From contig CAZKED010000025.1 in NCBI GenBank assembly GCA_964551725.1, positions 1 through 17,819 on the forward strand: a stretch of 17,819 nt of DNA, read 5' to 3'. Source of the DNA: an uncultured archaeon. GTDB taxonomy: Archaea; Iainarchaeota; Iainarchaeia; Iainarchaeales; DTGL01. Each line of letters starts with the position of its first letter. Position 1 is the first letter of the stretch. The notes under the pieces were generated by a model. The model ran no database searches, was not told the DNA's origin, and saw only the letters and a program-made list of their open reading frames with translations. Position numbers and translations under genes: made by a program. Below, piece after piece: positions 8,601-15,620 of this stretch.

Positions 8601-10266
8601 TGCGATTGCGGACGAAAGGGGTTACACTGCCGCGGACATAAGCGATGCCGGGCTGAACTATTCGAGGATTGTAATGGTCAAAGCAGGAGACGACGACGAG
8701 AACGGAACGCAGACAGACTGGAACGCAATTATACTGATTGACACCGACAACGAGCGCGTTTACGTTGACAGGGACAACGACTGCAATTTCAACGAAGAAC
8801 CGGACATAAACGCCCTCACAGTCGGAAGCCATGTTAGTGGCATGGTTTCAAACATGATGTACGAGGACTGGGACGACGTCAACATGGAAACAGGGCAGGC
8901 GCCTTGGAGGAAGAACCCCTGGAACGGCGTTCCGATAATTACGGGAATCACCAAAGGCAGGCTCTGGTACACCACTGACACAATGGCACAGTATGCAAAT
9001 TACGCCAACTTCGGGTTGCAGGGAGACGCGTATATAGGAACCTATGACACCGACCAGAACTTCGGTATTCCCCTGGCGGTTAAAACGCTGCGAGGCACTC
9101 CAGTGAACGATGTGCAGGTAAGCATTTACAGCGTAATGCTCGCCGAAATGGGCGGCGGGATGCCCACGCAGTTGACTGAAGGCACGGACTACAACAAGTT
9201 CGGTGACATGCCTGATTCAAACGGAATCGCGCTGCCCAAAATTGCAGTAAACGACAGCGGCATAATAATGACAGGATTCAAAATAACCGACGGGGCAACA
9301 ACGCAGTTCGTTATGCCATGGCAGGGCGCGGTATTCCAGACAAAATCCTACAGCGTTGTTACAAGCTACGGTTTGGAGGACCTGAACATCGTGTTCGACC
9401 AGAATGCTGTAGAACTTGGTCTTGACGTGAACACTGACGTCATTCCCCTGACATGCTTCAATCCAAACACAACGCTCATTGGAGTACTGAGAGAGGAGGA
9501 TGTCAACACTCGCAGGAGCGCAAACGTGAGATTAAACCTCGACAACGACACTGACGAGAACCGCGCGCCAATAGTTGACGAAAACTGGTATTTCATTCCG
9601 CTTACAGGGCATGCATCCTGCCCGATGGCGGATTTCGGCACTGGAAGAGCCAAACTTTTGATTGACGACGACACTTACATTGACGTTAACATGGACGACG
9701 GAATGACTGAATACAACCACAAGGGAGGCATGGAACTAGTAGGCGCGCCACAGAACCTGACCCACCGCGACCTGAACGAGGTCACAGTGTCAAGTGCCTC
9801 GGCTTTCCTTGTCTGCCTGTACGGCGAAGGAAAGTGCTCCAGCGACGGGCACGGCTATAACCCGGGTTCGCTGTACGACCTCAACGACTTGGCGGACGAC
9901 AACATCCAGGACGGCATCATAATGTACAACCTGTTCGATTACTCGGACCAGTTCTACAATCCCGAAACATACGGTTCCAGCCCGGAAATAAGGGAATACC
10001 TGCGCCTGGAGGTAAGGGACCTGGACTACAATTACGTTACAACGCCGGTTTCCGCGAGCGGTTCAGTGTTCAGCGAAAGCACCGGGCTGCAGGTAATTCC
10101 CAGTTTTTCAGGCAGTGTGCCTGACGGCAGGGGAAGGCGCATTTTAATGGACGGAAATTTCGCTCCCACCGGCACTAACGGAAGCGGTTTCATGGTGAGC
10201 GTGGACGTGAACTACAACAACGACGTGACCCCGACCTATGGATTCCTGTGGTCGAGGGCGGGATAG
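5602..10266 (+). CDS. 1554-aa secreted surface protein, S-layer/adhesin-like, with tandem beta-sandwich-like modules
   Basis: Signal peptide (KRYR, hydrophobic core, AGASA); rich in S/T/N/D/V with alternating beta-strand patterns; about 30 N-x-S/T sequons by hand count; no C-terminal TM helix. Confidence 0.85.
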   Translation: MVTVKRYRMLLILAVFFAFFSAGASATYITLQADGAPFTTNETITFYGTMDSNNVDLNVVVRNSAGTVTDENYLSDRNGFYSIAHSYATAGDYNIVVRDLNNGVQSSMPFRVSNIASVSINYDNLSLKPPFDASSLAVVPVTFTAYNAAGNAIAGEDLNVRIVNSSGVQQDFNSGTTNADGNAQLRFNLSGYSAGTYYFSVNNGLASFSFSIYSFRMYLSLANPDTNNAQSVFKPGTNGRITVDVMNYAGTQYISTATVAGAVYNSSNVAQSALSFSSSGGSYYALFTAPATIGDYYLDINVTYGGTTQSQKISFKVQNYSMEVVSSKFEGGGMGEKEKMPSVFPTASNATLQLYFSEINASELSGTSLDYICNNGSAQDHNFLLYYKKMGAMDWNSVLGEGDIHVADSDTYCSLSFRTPANASTYFIKVVGKDLNVEGNTLTLSAKTMVTVQDYLVFLEPVDPSSCDTSAAGNVADSCGFKFQFTVGEKIGLRPDIIDMKSGTSVNQLSSVHSAVVFKGGSETTLSSPTDVNFRADLNILAINASSTVQNLSGGFYPGGFVVDVNSNGVLAQQNVTAFGFFYLRVLNVTTELVDVNGNSIASHGPPTYSSDKNTYIKLTVKDSDGSTAIRGAVVTVSRIMNFEEREVIDVSGVDSNATNSSGIVTIALDYQALGMGSGEFEIELDINAATLGKTDTVMTHFERRNFFLKATPINKNNCGPLPMIAGDMNSTFLLEAKNAWNWQVINDLNVTDVKVFYEGSPSKPLSMPVEKTVASFKTGTMQCGGEDYNYVDVNHNGTWEQGFYKFVIYANSALKGNETVKAFIMVQPFFIVAVPAVEGDLGMLAEPGAQWDFNIMSAVDVNLSAKLMDMESWSLFASDLNMHLKETGDWISGTGSNYAYDDVNAGTSAYTTIDVNLPANLSIAKEMDIDGYILQIDANYGTTVATIELFIVPLKWQVVVSKQPEGMWASGDTGPFFFWITGDDHRKMYVDDNVIDNCLAIADERGYTAADISDAGLNYSRIVMVKAGDDDENGTQTDWNAIILIDTDNERVYVDRDNDCNFNEEPDINALTVGSHVSGMVSNMMYEDWDDVNMETGQAPWRKNPWNGVPIITGITKGRLWYTTDTMAQYANYANFGLQGDAYIGTYDTDQNFGIPLAVKTLRGTPVNDVQVSIYSVMLAEMGGGMPTQLTEGTDYNKFGDMPDSNGIALPKIAVNDSGIIMTGFKITDGATTQFVMPWQGAVFQTKSYSVVTSYGLEDLNIVFDQNAVELGLDVNTDVIPLTCFNPNTTLIGVLREEDVNTRRSANVRLNLDNDTDENRAPIVDENWYFIPLTGHASCPMADFGTGRAKLLIDDDTYIDVNMDDGMTEYNHKGGMELVGAPQNLTHRDLNEVTVSSASAFLVCLYGEGKCSSDGHGYNPGSLYDLNDLADDNIQDGIIMYNLFDYSDQFYNPETYGSSPEIREYLRLEVRDLDYNYVTTPVSASGSVFSESTGLQVIPSFSGSVPDGRGRRILMDGNFAPTGTNGSGFMVSVDVNYNNDVTPTYGFLWSRAG

Positions 10267-10277
10267 GAGGAATGAAA

Positions 10278-11990
10278 ATGAAACATGCAATACTGGCTTT
10301 GGTTTTTGCAGTCTTTTTGCTCGCAAGCGCGAATGCGGCGGTGAGCCTTTCAGCCAACACTCCTGATCCAATCTACCAGGGAGAATCAACCACCGTGACT
10401 GTGACTGCAACAGCGAGCGGTTCCTCGGCGAGCAATGTAACGATAACAATCGGGCTGCCTGCGGGGATAAGCGCTTCGGGCTCGGAAAGCCAGATGATTG
10501 CATCCCTTTCCGCCGGGCAGTCGCAGAGCGTGAACTGGACAGTGCAGGGCGACACCGCTTCAAGCAACCCTTACACCATTACCTTCAACGCTTCGGGCGG
10601 CGCTACAGCCAGTACCACAACCCAGTTAAGCGTTCTGACGCCACCGTTCATTGAAGTGGAGAACTTCACCTGCCCGGCTTCCGACGCGAACGTGGGCGAC
10701 GATTTGACCGTCAGATTCACTTTAAAGAACACGGGCGGCGATTCCACCAATGCGCAGGTTGACATGAGCTATTCCGCAAGCTATTTCACTCTTAAAGCGG
10801 GCTCCGACCCCTGGAACGGCGACATCAACGCAGGGGGGCAGATTGCGCTGAGTTACGATTTCAACGCAATCGATGCCGGCACAAAAACAATCACCGCGGC
10901 AATCGCGTCAAACCAGAACAATCCGGACGACAATTCATGCAGCATTACGATAACCGGCGTCTGCGGCGACGGTCTGTGTTCCAGCGATGAGTCCTGTTCT
11001 TCGTGCAGCACAGACTGCGGGGCGTGCCCTACTCCAACTCCCACGCCCACTCCAGTTCTCGGCGCCGGAAACGGTCCGAGCAGTTCTCCGACTCCGACAC
11101 CGACAGCCACGCCGAGTGAAACCGAAACAGTATTCGAGCAGGAATTCGTGGAGCGGGCAAACGAGGAGGAACTGAGAGACGTGCTGGAGCAGGCGGGATT
11201 TTCCGAGGGAGAAATTGCCGAAGCGATTGAGGCGCATGAAAACGTGGAAATCGTGAGGGAAATAAAGGTCGAGAAAATTACCACAGGGGAAGAGGTATCC
11301 TACAAGACCACGCTTTCCATTACGGTGAAGAACAACTCGGATAAAAAATGGAACGATGTAAAGGTCGTGGAAATAATTCCAAAGAACGTGCTCGAAGCGG
11401 TCAGCGAGGAAGACATCTCTTCCGCGCTTGATTTCCGCATTCTGGAAGCAGACCCGATACTCGAATTCACTGTTCCTGAGATAATGCCGGGTGAAACCGC
11501 AACACTGGAATACACTTTTGCCCAGGACACAAACAGCGAGCAGGCCGCTTCCTTCGGCAAGCCCGTGGTTGCATCTTTCACCGAGGAGGAACTGGACCTC
11601 TGCGAGGGAGTTGAATGCGAGAAAAAGGAGTGCAAGAGGGAAAGATGCAATCCCAAGAGCGGAAAATGCCTTTACTCAAACGCAGAGGACGGAACTCCCT
11701 GCGAGGGCGGGGAGTGCAGGGACGGCGTATGCGTTTCCCTGGTGGAGGCAACCCCCGAGGCAAGCCCGACTCCCGCGCCTTCCGCGGGAGGGATTGACTG
11801 GCTTTTTATAGGCGGAATCGTCGGCATTGCGCTTGCCGTTGTTGTCATTGCAGTTCTCGGAGGCTACTACTTGTACACGAGAAGGGAGAAGGGGAAGACG
11901 CCGCTGGAGCTGCTGGGCAAGAGGCAGAAGCATCTTAAAGGACACGAAAGGCATAAAGAGCGCCCTGAGGTTCCGGAATCCGAGGATTGA
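10278..11990 (+). CDS. Membrane-anchored surface protein: two Ig/CARDB-like domains, Cys-rich modules, Pro/Thr linker, C-terminal TM helix
   Basis: GGAGG (10266-10270) 7 nt before ATG 10278; signal peptide MKHAILALVFAVFLLASANA; CGDGLC...CSSCSTDCGAC; second Cys-rich module CEGVEC...CRDGVC; TM helix WLFIGGIVGIALAVVVIAVLGGYYLY and a charged tail. Confidence 0.85.
   Translation: MKHAILALVFAVFLLASANAAVSLSANTPDPIYQGESTTVTVTATASGSSASNVTITIGLPAGISASGSESQMIASLSAGQSQSVNWTVQGDTASSNPYTITFNASGGATASTTTQLSVLTPPFIEVENFTCPASDANVGDDLTVRFTLKNTGGDSTNAQVDMSYSASYFTLKAGSDPWNGDINAGGQIALSYDFNAIDAGTKTITAAIASNQNNPDDNSCSITITGVCGDGLCSSDESCSSCSTDCGACPTPTPTPTPVLGAGNGPSSSPTPTPTATPSETETVFEQEFVERANEEELRDVLEQAGFSEGEIAEAIEAHENVEIVREIKVEKITTGEEVSYKTTLSITVKNNSDKKWNDVKVVEIIPKNVLEAVSEEDISSALDFRILEADPILEFTVPEIMPGETATLEYTFAQDTNSEQAASFGKPVVASFTEEELDLCEGVECEKKECKRERCNPKSGKCLYSNAEDGTPCEGGECRDGVCVSLVEATPEASPTPAPSAGGIDWLFIGGIVGIALAVVVIAVLGGYYLYTRREKGKTPLELLGKRQKHLKGHERHKERPEVPESED
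11028..11114 (+). repeat. Pro-Thr low-complexity linker repeats
   Basis: PTPTPTPTP (11028-11054) and PTPTPTATP (11088-11114, ccgacw x3). Confidence 0.75.
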
Positions 11991-12043
11991 ACCAAAACGC
12001 CTTTTTAAAGGCAACAATTAAAATATTAATGGAACCCAGATTC

Positions 12044-12069
12044 TACACTGCAATTGCATTGCAGTTGTA
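12044..12069. promoter_or_regulatory. Inverted repeat, candidate operator of the RHH regulator
   Basis: actgcaat (12047-12054)-tgc-attgcagt (12058-12065) is a perfect 8-bp inverted repeat, extendable with one bulge; lies between TATA-like elements (12002-12009, 12024-12030) and RBS aaggtgg (12069-12075). Confidence 0.55.
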
Positions 12070-12080
12070 AGGTGGTTTTT

Positions 12081-12269
12081 ATGCACGGGGAAAGGGTCAC
12101 AATAAGCATTCCCAAGGAACTTTACGACAGAATAGGCAGGGAAATAGAGGGAACGGGCTTTTCCTCCCCCTCCGAATGGATACGCTACATTCTGAGGCAG
12201 GCGGTAAGCTCGGCGAAAAACGGGGACAAAAAAATTATTTCGTTCCCATATCTCGCGGGAAACGATTAG
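12081..12269 (+). CDS. Ribbon-helix-helix (CopG/Arc/MetJ) transcriptional regulator
   Basis: RVTISIPKELYDRI...GFSSPSEWIRYILRQ fits the RHH strand-helix-helix pattern; RBS aaggtgg before ATG 12081. Confidence 0.85.
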   Translation: MHGERVTISIPKELYDRIGREIEGTGFSSPSEWIRYILRQAVSSAKNGDKKIISFPYLAGND

Positions 12270-12277
12270 GTGCTCGA

Positions 12278-14056
12278 ATGCTCGGAAAAACAGACAAAAA
12301 AATGGCAGTAATAGGCATTGACGGTGCCAATCCAGGCACAGTTAAAAGGCTGCTCAAGGAAGGAAGGCTGCCAAACCTCGCAGAACTCAAGGACCGCGGT
12401 TCGTACGGAAAGCTCAAAACAACGCACGTCTCGCAGAGCCCTGTCGCCTGGTCGAGCTTCCAGACAGGAATGAATCCCGCAAAGCACGGAATTTACGATT
12501 TCATCGTGAGGAACGCCGAAACAATGGCTTTGGACCTCGGGCTTGTGAGGGAAAGAGTTAACGCAGAGGGAAAAAGCGTTTACAGGAAAAGGATTCTTGG
12601 GGATTCCATATGGCATTACCTGAGTGCGGAGGAAATTCCCTCCATAAGTCTTTTCATTCCGGTTACTTTTCCGGCCGAACCCATAGAGGGCATTCAAATA
12701 AGCGGAATGGGCACTCCTGATGTAAGGGGCACGCAGGGAGTTCCCACAATCTACTGGAGCAGTGAAATAGCCGAAGAAAAAGAGGACTGCAGGCATATTC
12801 CCCTGGAAGAGGAAACAGAGTCCACGCTGATGGGACCGCAGGGCGCCCTCGCACCCATAAAGTTCTCCGTTTCAAGCAAAGGCATCCTTATCGAAGCGGG
12901 AAAAGAGAAAAAGTTCGTTCAGCAGGGGGAATGGAGCGACTGGTTTTTCGTGGACTTTGACGGCACTGAAGGAATGTTCAGGGCGAAAGTGCTCAGGCAC
13001 TCGGGCAAGGAAATAAAAATTTACGTCTCCCCAGTCATACACTCGCAGTTGAATCCCGCGGTTTCAATAGCGCAGCCCAAAAAAATTGCCTCCGCGCTTT
13101 TCGGGAAAACCGGCTGTTTCAAATGCGTGAGCTTTGAGTCCGACGTAAACGCATTGAAGGAAAAACTCATCGCTGAGAAAACATGGATTGAGGACATGGA
13201 GTACACATTCAGGCAGAGGGTGAAAACAGCGGAATACCTCATGGAAAACACTGACTGGAATTTTTTCGCAGCGGACTTTTTTCCCGTTGACAGAGCACAG
13301 CACCTTTTCTGGCGCTACATTGACAAAAAGAGCCCGCTCTTCGAGGAGCACGGCGAGTATTCCCAGACAATCGACCGCAGCTACGAACTCGCGGACGAAA
13401 AGCTGGGCGCATTGCTCGGGCAGTGCGGAAAGGACTGCCTCACATTCGTGATTTCCGACCACGGCTTTATGCCCTACAGAAAAAACGTGCAGCTGAACAA
13501 GATTTTGGAACAGGAGGGATTCCTCAAAATGGAATCCGGAAAGAGCGGGTTCAGCAACACTGACTGGGGGAAAACGCAGGCGTACGCGCTCGGCTTCAGT
13601 TCTGTTTACGTTAACCTCGAGGGAAGGGACCGCTACGGCATAGTAAGCGAAAAAGACTACGAATCGGTGAGGGACAGCATTTGCTCGGCGCTCAAAAAGT
13701 TTTCATTTGATGGCGCAAAACCCTTCAGGGACGCAAAGAAAAGCGAGGAAATCTATTCGGGTCCGCTGCTGAATGAAATGCCCGACATCCTGCCGATATA
13801 CAACGAGGGATTCCGCGTTGAAAAAACCAACGTGCTGGGCTCTTTCTCCGAACAAGAAATAGTGCACGACAATCTTAACAAATGGAGCGGCGACCACATA
13901 GGGCCTTTCCTGCAGGAAACGAACCAGGGAATTATTTTCTGCTCGCAGCCCCTGGATTTGAAGGATGCAAGCATAATGGACCTGGCGCCCACTGCACTGC
14001 AGTACTTCGGTCTACCTGAAAACAAAAAAATGGACGGACATTCATTACTGAGGTGA
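12278..14056 (+). CDS. Alkaline-phosphatase-superfamily protein (type I phosphodiesterase/nucleotide pyrophosphatase-like), cytoplasmic
   Basis: VIGIDGA, SQSPVAWSSFQTG.NP.KHGIYDF, DRAQH, ISDHGF, SGDH and DLAPT motifs; aggtg RBS before ATG 12278; no signal peptide. Confidence 0.88.
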   Translation: MLGKTDKKMAVIGIDGANPGTVKRLLKEGRLPNLAELKDRGSYGKLKTTHVSQSPVAWSSFQTGMNPAKHGIYDFIVRNAETMALDLGLVRERVNAEGKSVYRKRILGDSIWHYLSAEEIPSISLFIPVTFPAEPIEGIQISGMGTPDVRGTQGVPTIYWSSEIAEEKEDCRHIPLEEETESTLMGPQGALAPIKFSVSSKGILIEAGKEKKFVQQGEWSDWFFVDFDGTEGMFRAKVLRHSGKEIKIYVSPVIHSQLNPAVSIAQPKKIASALFGKTGCFKCVSFESDVNALKEKLIAEKTWIEDMEYTFRQRVKTAEYLMENTDWNFFAADFFPVDRAQHLFWRYIDKKSPLFEEHGEYSQTIDRSYELADEKLGALLGQCGKDCLTFVISDHGFMPYRKNVQLNKILEQEGFLKMESGKSGFSNTDWGKTQAYALGFSSVYVNLEGRDRYGIVSEKDYESVRDSICSALKKFSFDGAKPFRDAKKSEEIYSGPLLNEMPDILPIYNEGFRVEKTNVLGSFSEQEIVHDNLNKWSGDHIGPFLQETNQGIIFCSQPLDLKDASIMDLAPTALQYFGLPENKKMDGHSLLR

Positions 14057-14862
14057 TTTTATTGGACCATTTGGACGAACTGGAAAGCAGGAGCATTTAC
14101 ATCATACGCGAAGCATTCGAGCAGTTCAAAAAAATAGCAATGCTCTGGAGCATAGGAAAGGATTCAACCACACTGCTCTGGCTCTGCAGGAAAGCATTCT
14201 ACGGAAAAATGCCCTTTCCCGTAGTGCACATTGACACTTCCTACAAATTCCCAAAAATGTACAAGTTCAGGGACAAATATGCGAAGGAATGGAACCTCAA
14301 CCTTATCGTGGGAAGAAACGAGGAAGCAATAAAAGCAGGAATGAGCCCGGAAAAAGGGGCATTCAGTTGCTGCACCGCGCTCAAGACCAATGCCTTGAAA
14401 CAGACAATCGCAAAACACGGCTTCAGGGCGCTCCTGCTTGGAATTCGCAGGGACGAGCACGGCATACGCGCCAAAGAGCGCTATTTCTCCCCCAGGGACA
14501 CCGAGTTCAAGTGGGATTACAAGAACCAGCCCCCGGAACTCTGGGACCAGTACAAATCGAAGGCAGAGGGCGAAACGCACCTGCGCGTGCACCCCATGCT
14601 CCACTGGAGCGAGTACGACATATGGCACTATATACAGAGGGAGGGCATTCCCATAACGGAAATGTATTTTGCAAAAAACGGAATGCGCTACAGAAGCCTG
14701 GGCTGCGTGCCCTGCTGCCACAAAGTGAAATCGAATGCCTCAAGCATTGATGAAATAGTTGAAGAACTCAAGACAACAAAAACCGCTGAAAGGGCTGGCA
14801 GGAGCCAGGACAAGGAAAAACCATATATGATGCAAAAGCTCAGAGCCCTAGGATATCTTTAA
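14053..14862 (+). CDS. cysD: Sulfate adenylyltransferase subunit 2
   Basis: LDELESRSIYIIRE, PP-loop WSIGKDS, HIDT, GIRRDE, RAKERYFSPRD, NQPPELW, YRSLGC; GTG start overlaps the upstream stop (GTGA); cysN lies downstream. Confidence 0.9.
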   Translation: MILLDHLDELESRSIYIIREAFEQFKKIAMLWSIGKDSTTLLWLCRKAFYGKMPFPVVHIDTSYKFPKMYKFRDKYAKEWNLNLIVGRNEEAIKAGMSPEKGAFSCCTALKTNALKQTIAKHGFRALLLGIRRDEHGIRAKERYFSPRDTEFKWDYKNQPPELWDQYKSKAEGETHLRVHPMLHWSEYDIWHYIQREGIPITEMYFAKNGMRYRSLGCVPCCHKVKSNASSIDEIVEELKTTKTAERAGRSQDKEKPYMMQKLRALGYL

Positions 14863-14865
14863 ATA
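14858..14865 (+). promoter_or_regulatory. TATA-box match overlapping the cysD stop codon; candidate promoter of the endonuclease gene
   Basis: TTTAAATA matches the archaeal TTTAWATA consensus and is centred about 26 nt before ATG 14888, which has no obvious RBS. Confidence 0.45.
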
Positions 14866-15619
14866 TGTTGCTAACTACATATATGGCATGGGTATACCTG
14901 ATAAGGAACTTTTAAATAAACTTTATTGGAAGAAAGGACTTTCTTTACCAAAAATAGCGAAAATGTTTCATGTTCATTACATAACTGTTAGAAGCTGGTT
15001 AGTAAAATATGATATTCCGAGAAGAAAAAAGGGCGAAAGAGCAGACGCTTGGACACCAGAAGAAACAGATATTCTAAGAAAAAATTTAGGGGAACCGATG
15101 GAAACACTGTTGCAGTTGTTGCCAAAAAGAACAGAATTGGGGATTTATGAAAAAATAAAAAACCTTGGCACTTCAAGATCGATGGAGGTTTTTAAAAAGC
15201 GGACAAGGAAAGATTTCAATCTGAAAAGGGATGAGTGGATTTATTTGGCTGGAATTATTGATGGAGAAGGCACGCTAACTATTGACTCAAAGAAGGGAAA
15301 TTTTAATGCAAAGATTTCCATTGTCACAACCAATAGCGAACTTGCAAATTGGCTCAGGGAAAAACTAAAGACGCCTGTCACTGTTTCAAAGAATAAAAAG
15401 CATCCAGAGTACAGGGATAAATATGAATTTTTTATCCATGGTTATAAAACCAAACCATTCCTGAAAAAAATCCTGCCTTTTCTGATTGTTAAAAAAAGAA
15501 ATGCGAAATTGCTAATCGAGTTTATAAATATTAGGTTGAGTAGAAGCAAACACTCGGAACACTCGGAAGAGGAACAAAGCATAGTTGAGGAGATTAGGAA
15601 AATCAACAGGGGGGAATAA
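14863..15619 (+). mobile_element. Free-standing homing-endonuclease insertion between cysD and cysN
   Basis: Sharp GC drop (a sampled 60-nt line is about 30% GC versus about 58% in cysD); separates two normally adjacent subunit genes; encodes a LAGLIDADG protein. Confidence 0.65.
14888..15619 (+). CDS. Single-motif LAGLIDADG homing-endonuclease-like protein with N-terminal HTH and Myb-like segments
   Basis: [14 protein letters not shown] motif, [23 protein letters not shown]; N-terminal [18 protein letters not shown]...TVRSWL (HTH-like) and WTPEETDIL (Myb/SANT-like). Confidence 0.85.
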   Translation: MGIPDKELLNKLYWKKGLSLPKIAKMFHVHYITVRSWLVKYDIPRRKKGERADAWTPEETDILRKNLGEPMETLLQLLPKRTELGIYEKIKNLGTSRSMEVFKKRTRKDFNLKRDEWIYLAGIIDGEGTLTIDSKKGNFNAKISIVTTNSELANWLREKLKTPVTVSKNKKHPEYRDKYEFFIHGYKTKPFLKKILPFLIVKKRNAKLLIEFINIRLSRSKHSEHSEEEQSIVEEIRKINRGE

Positions 15620-15620
15620 C

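Noticed and set aside
5602-10266. Alpha-2-macroglobulin assignment, or EF-hand-like loops as the explanation for D-x-N
   Set aside because: No CxEQ thioester motif, and most D-x-N sites lack the Dx[DN]xDG continuation.
12176-12277. Upstream start of the AlkP ORF given in the ORF track
   Set aside because: It overlaps the RHH gene; ATG 12278 has an RBS and directly precedes the family N-terminal motif.
14053-14862. Calling this gene cysH (APS/PAPS reductase)
   Set aside because: It has CysD-specific segments, a cysN partner and no C-terminal ECGLH motif.
15549-15568. 9-bp tandem duplication aacactcgg x2 as a target-site duplication
   Set aside because: It is internal and in frame (HSEHSE) rather than flanking the element.
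15578-15601. Endonuclease IVEEIR resembling CysD IVEELK as a duplicated cysD end
   Set aside because: The match is too short and fits a generic amphipathic C-terminal helix.
14863-15620. Intein, group I intron or bulge-helix-bulge intron around the endonuclease
   Set aside because: Both flanking genes are complete, there is no in-frame fusion or intein terminus, only 25 nt and 1 nt of non-coding flank exist, and no pairing between the two junctions was seen.
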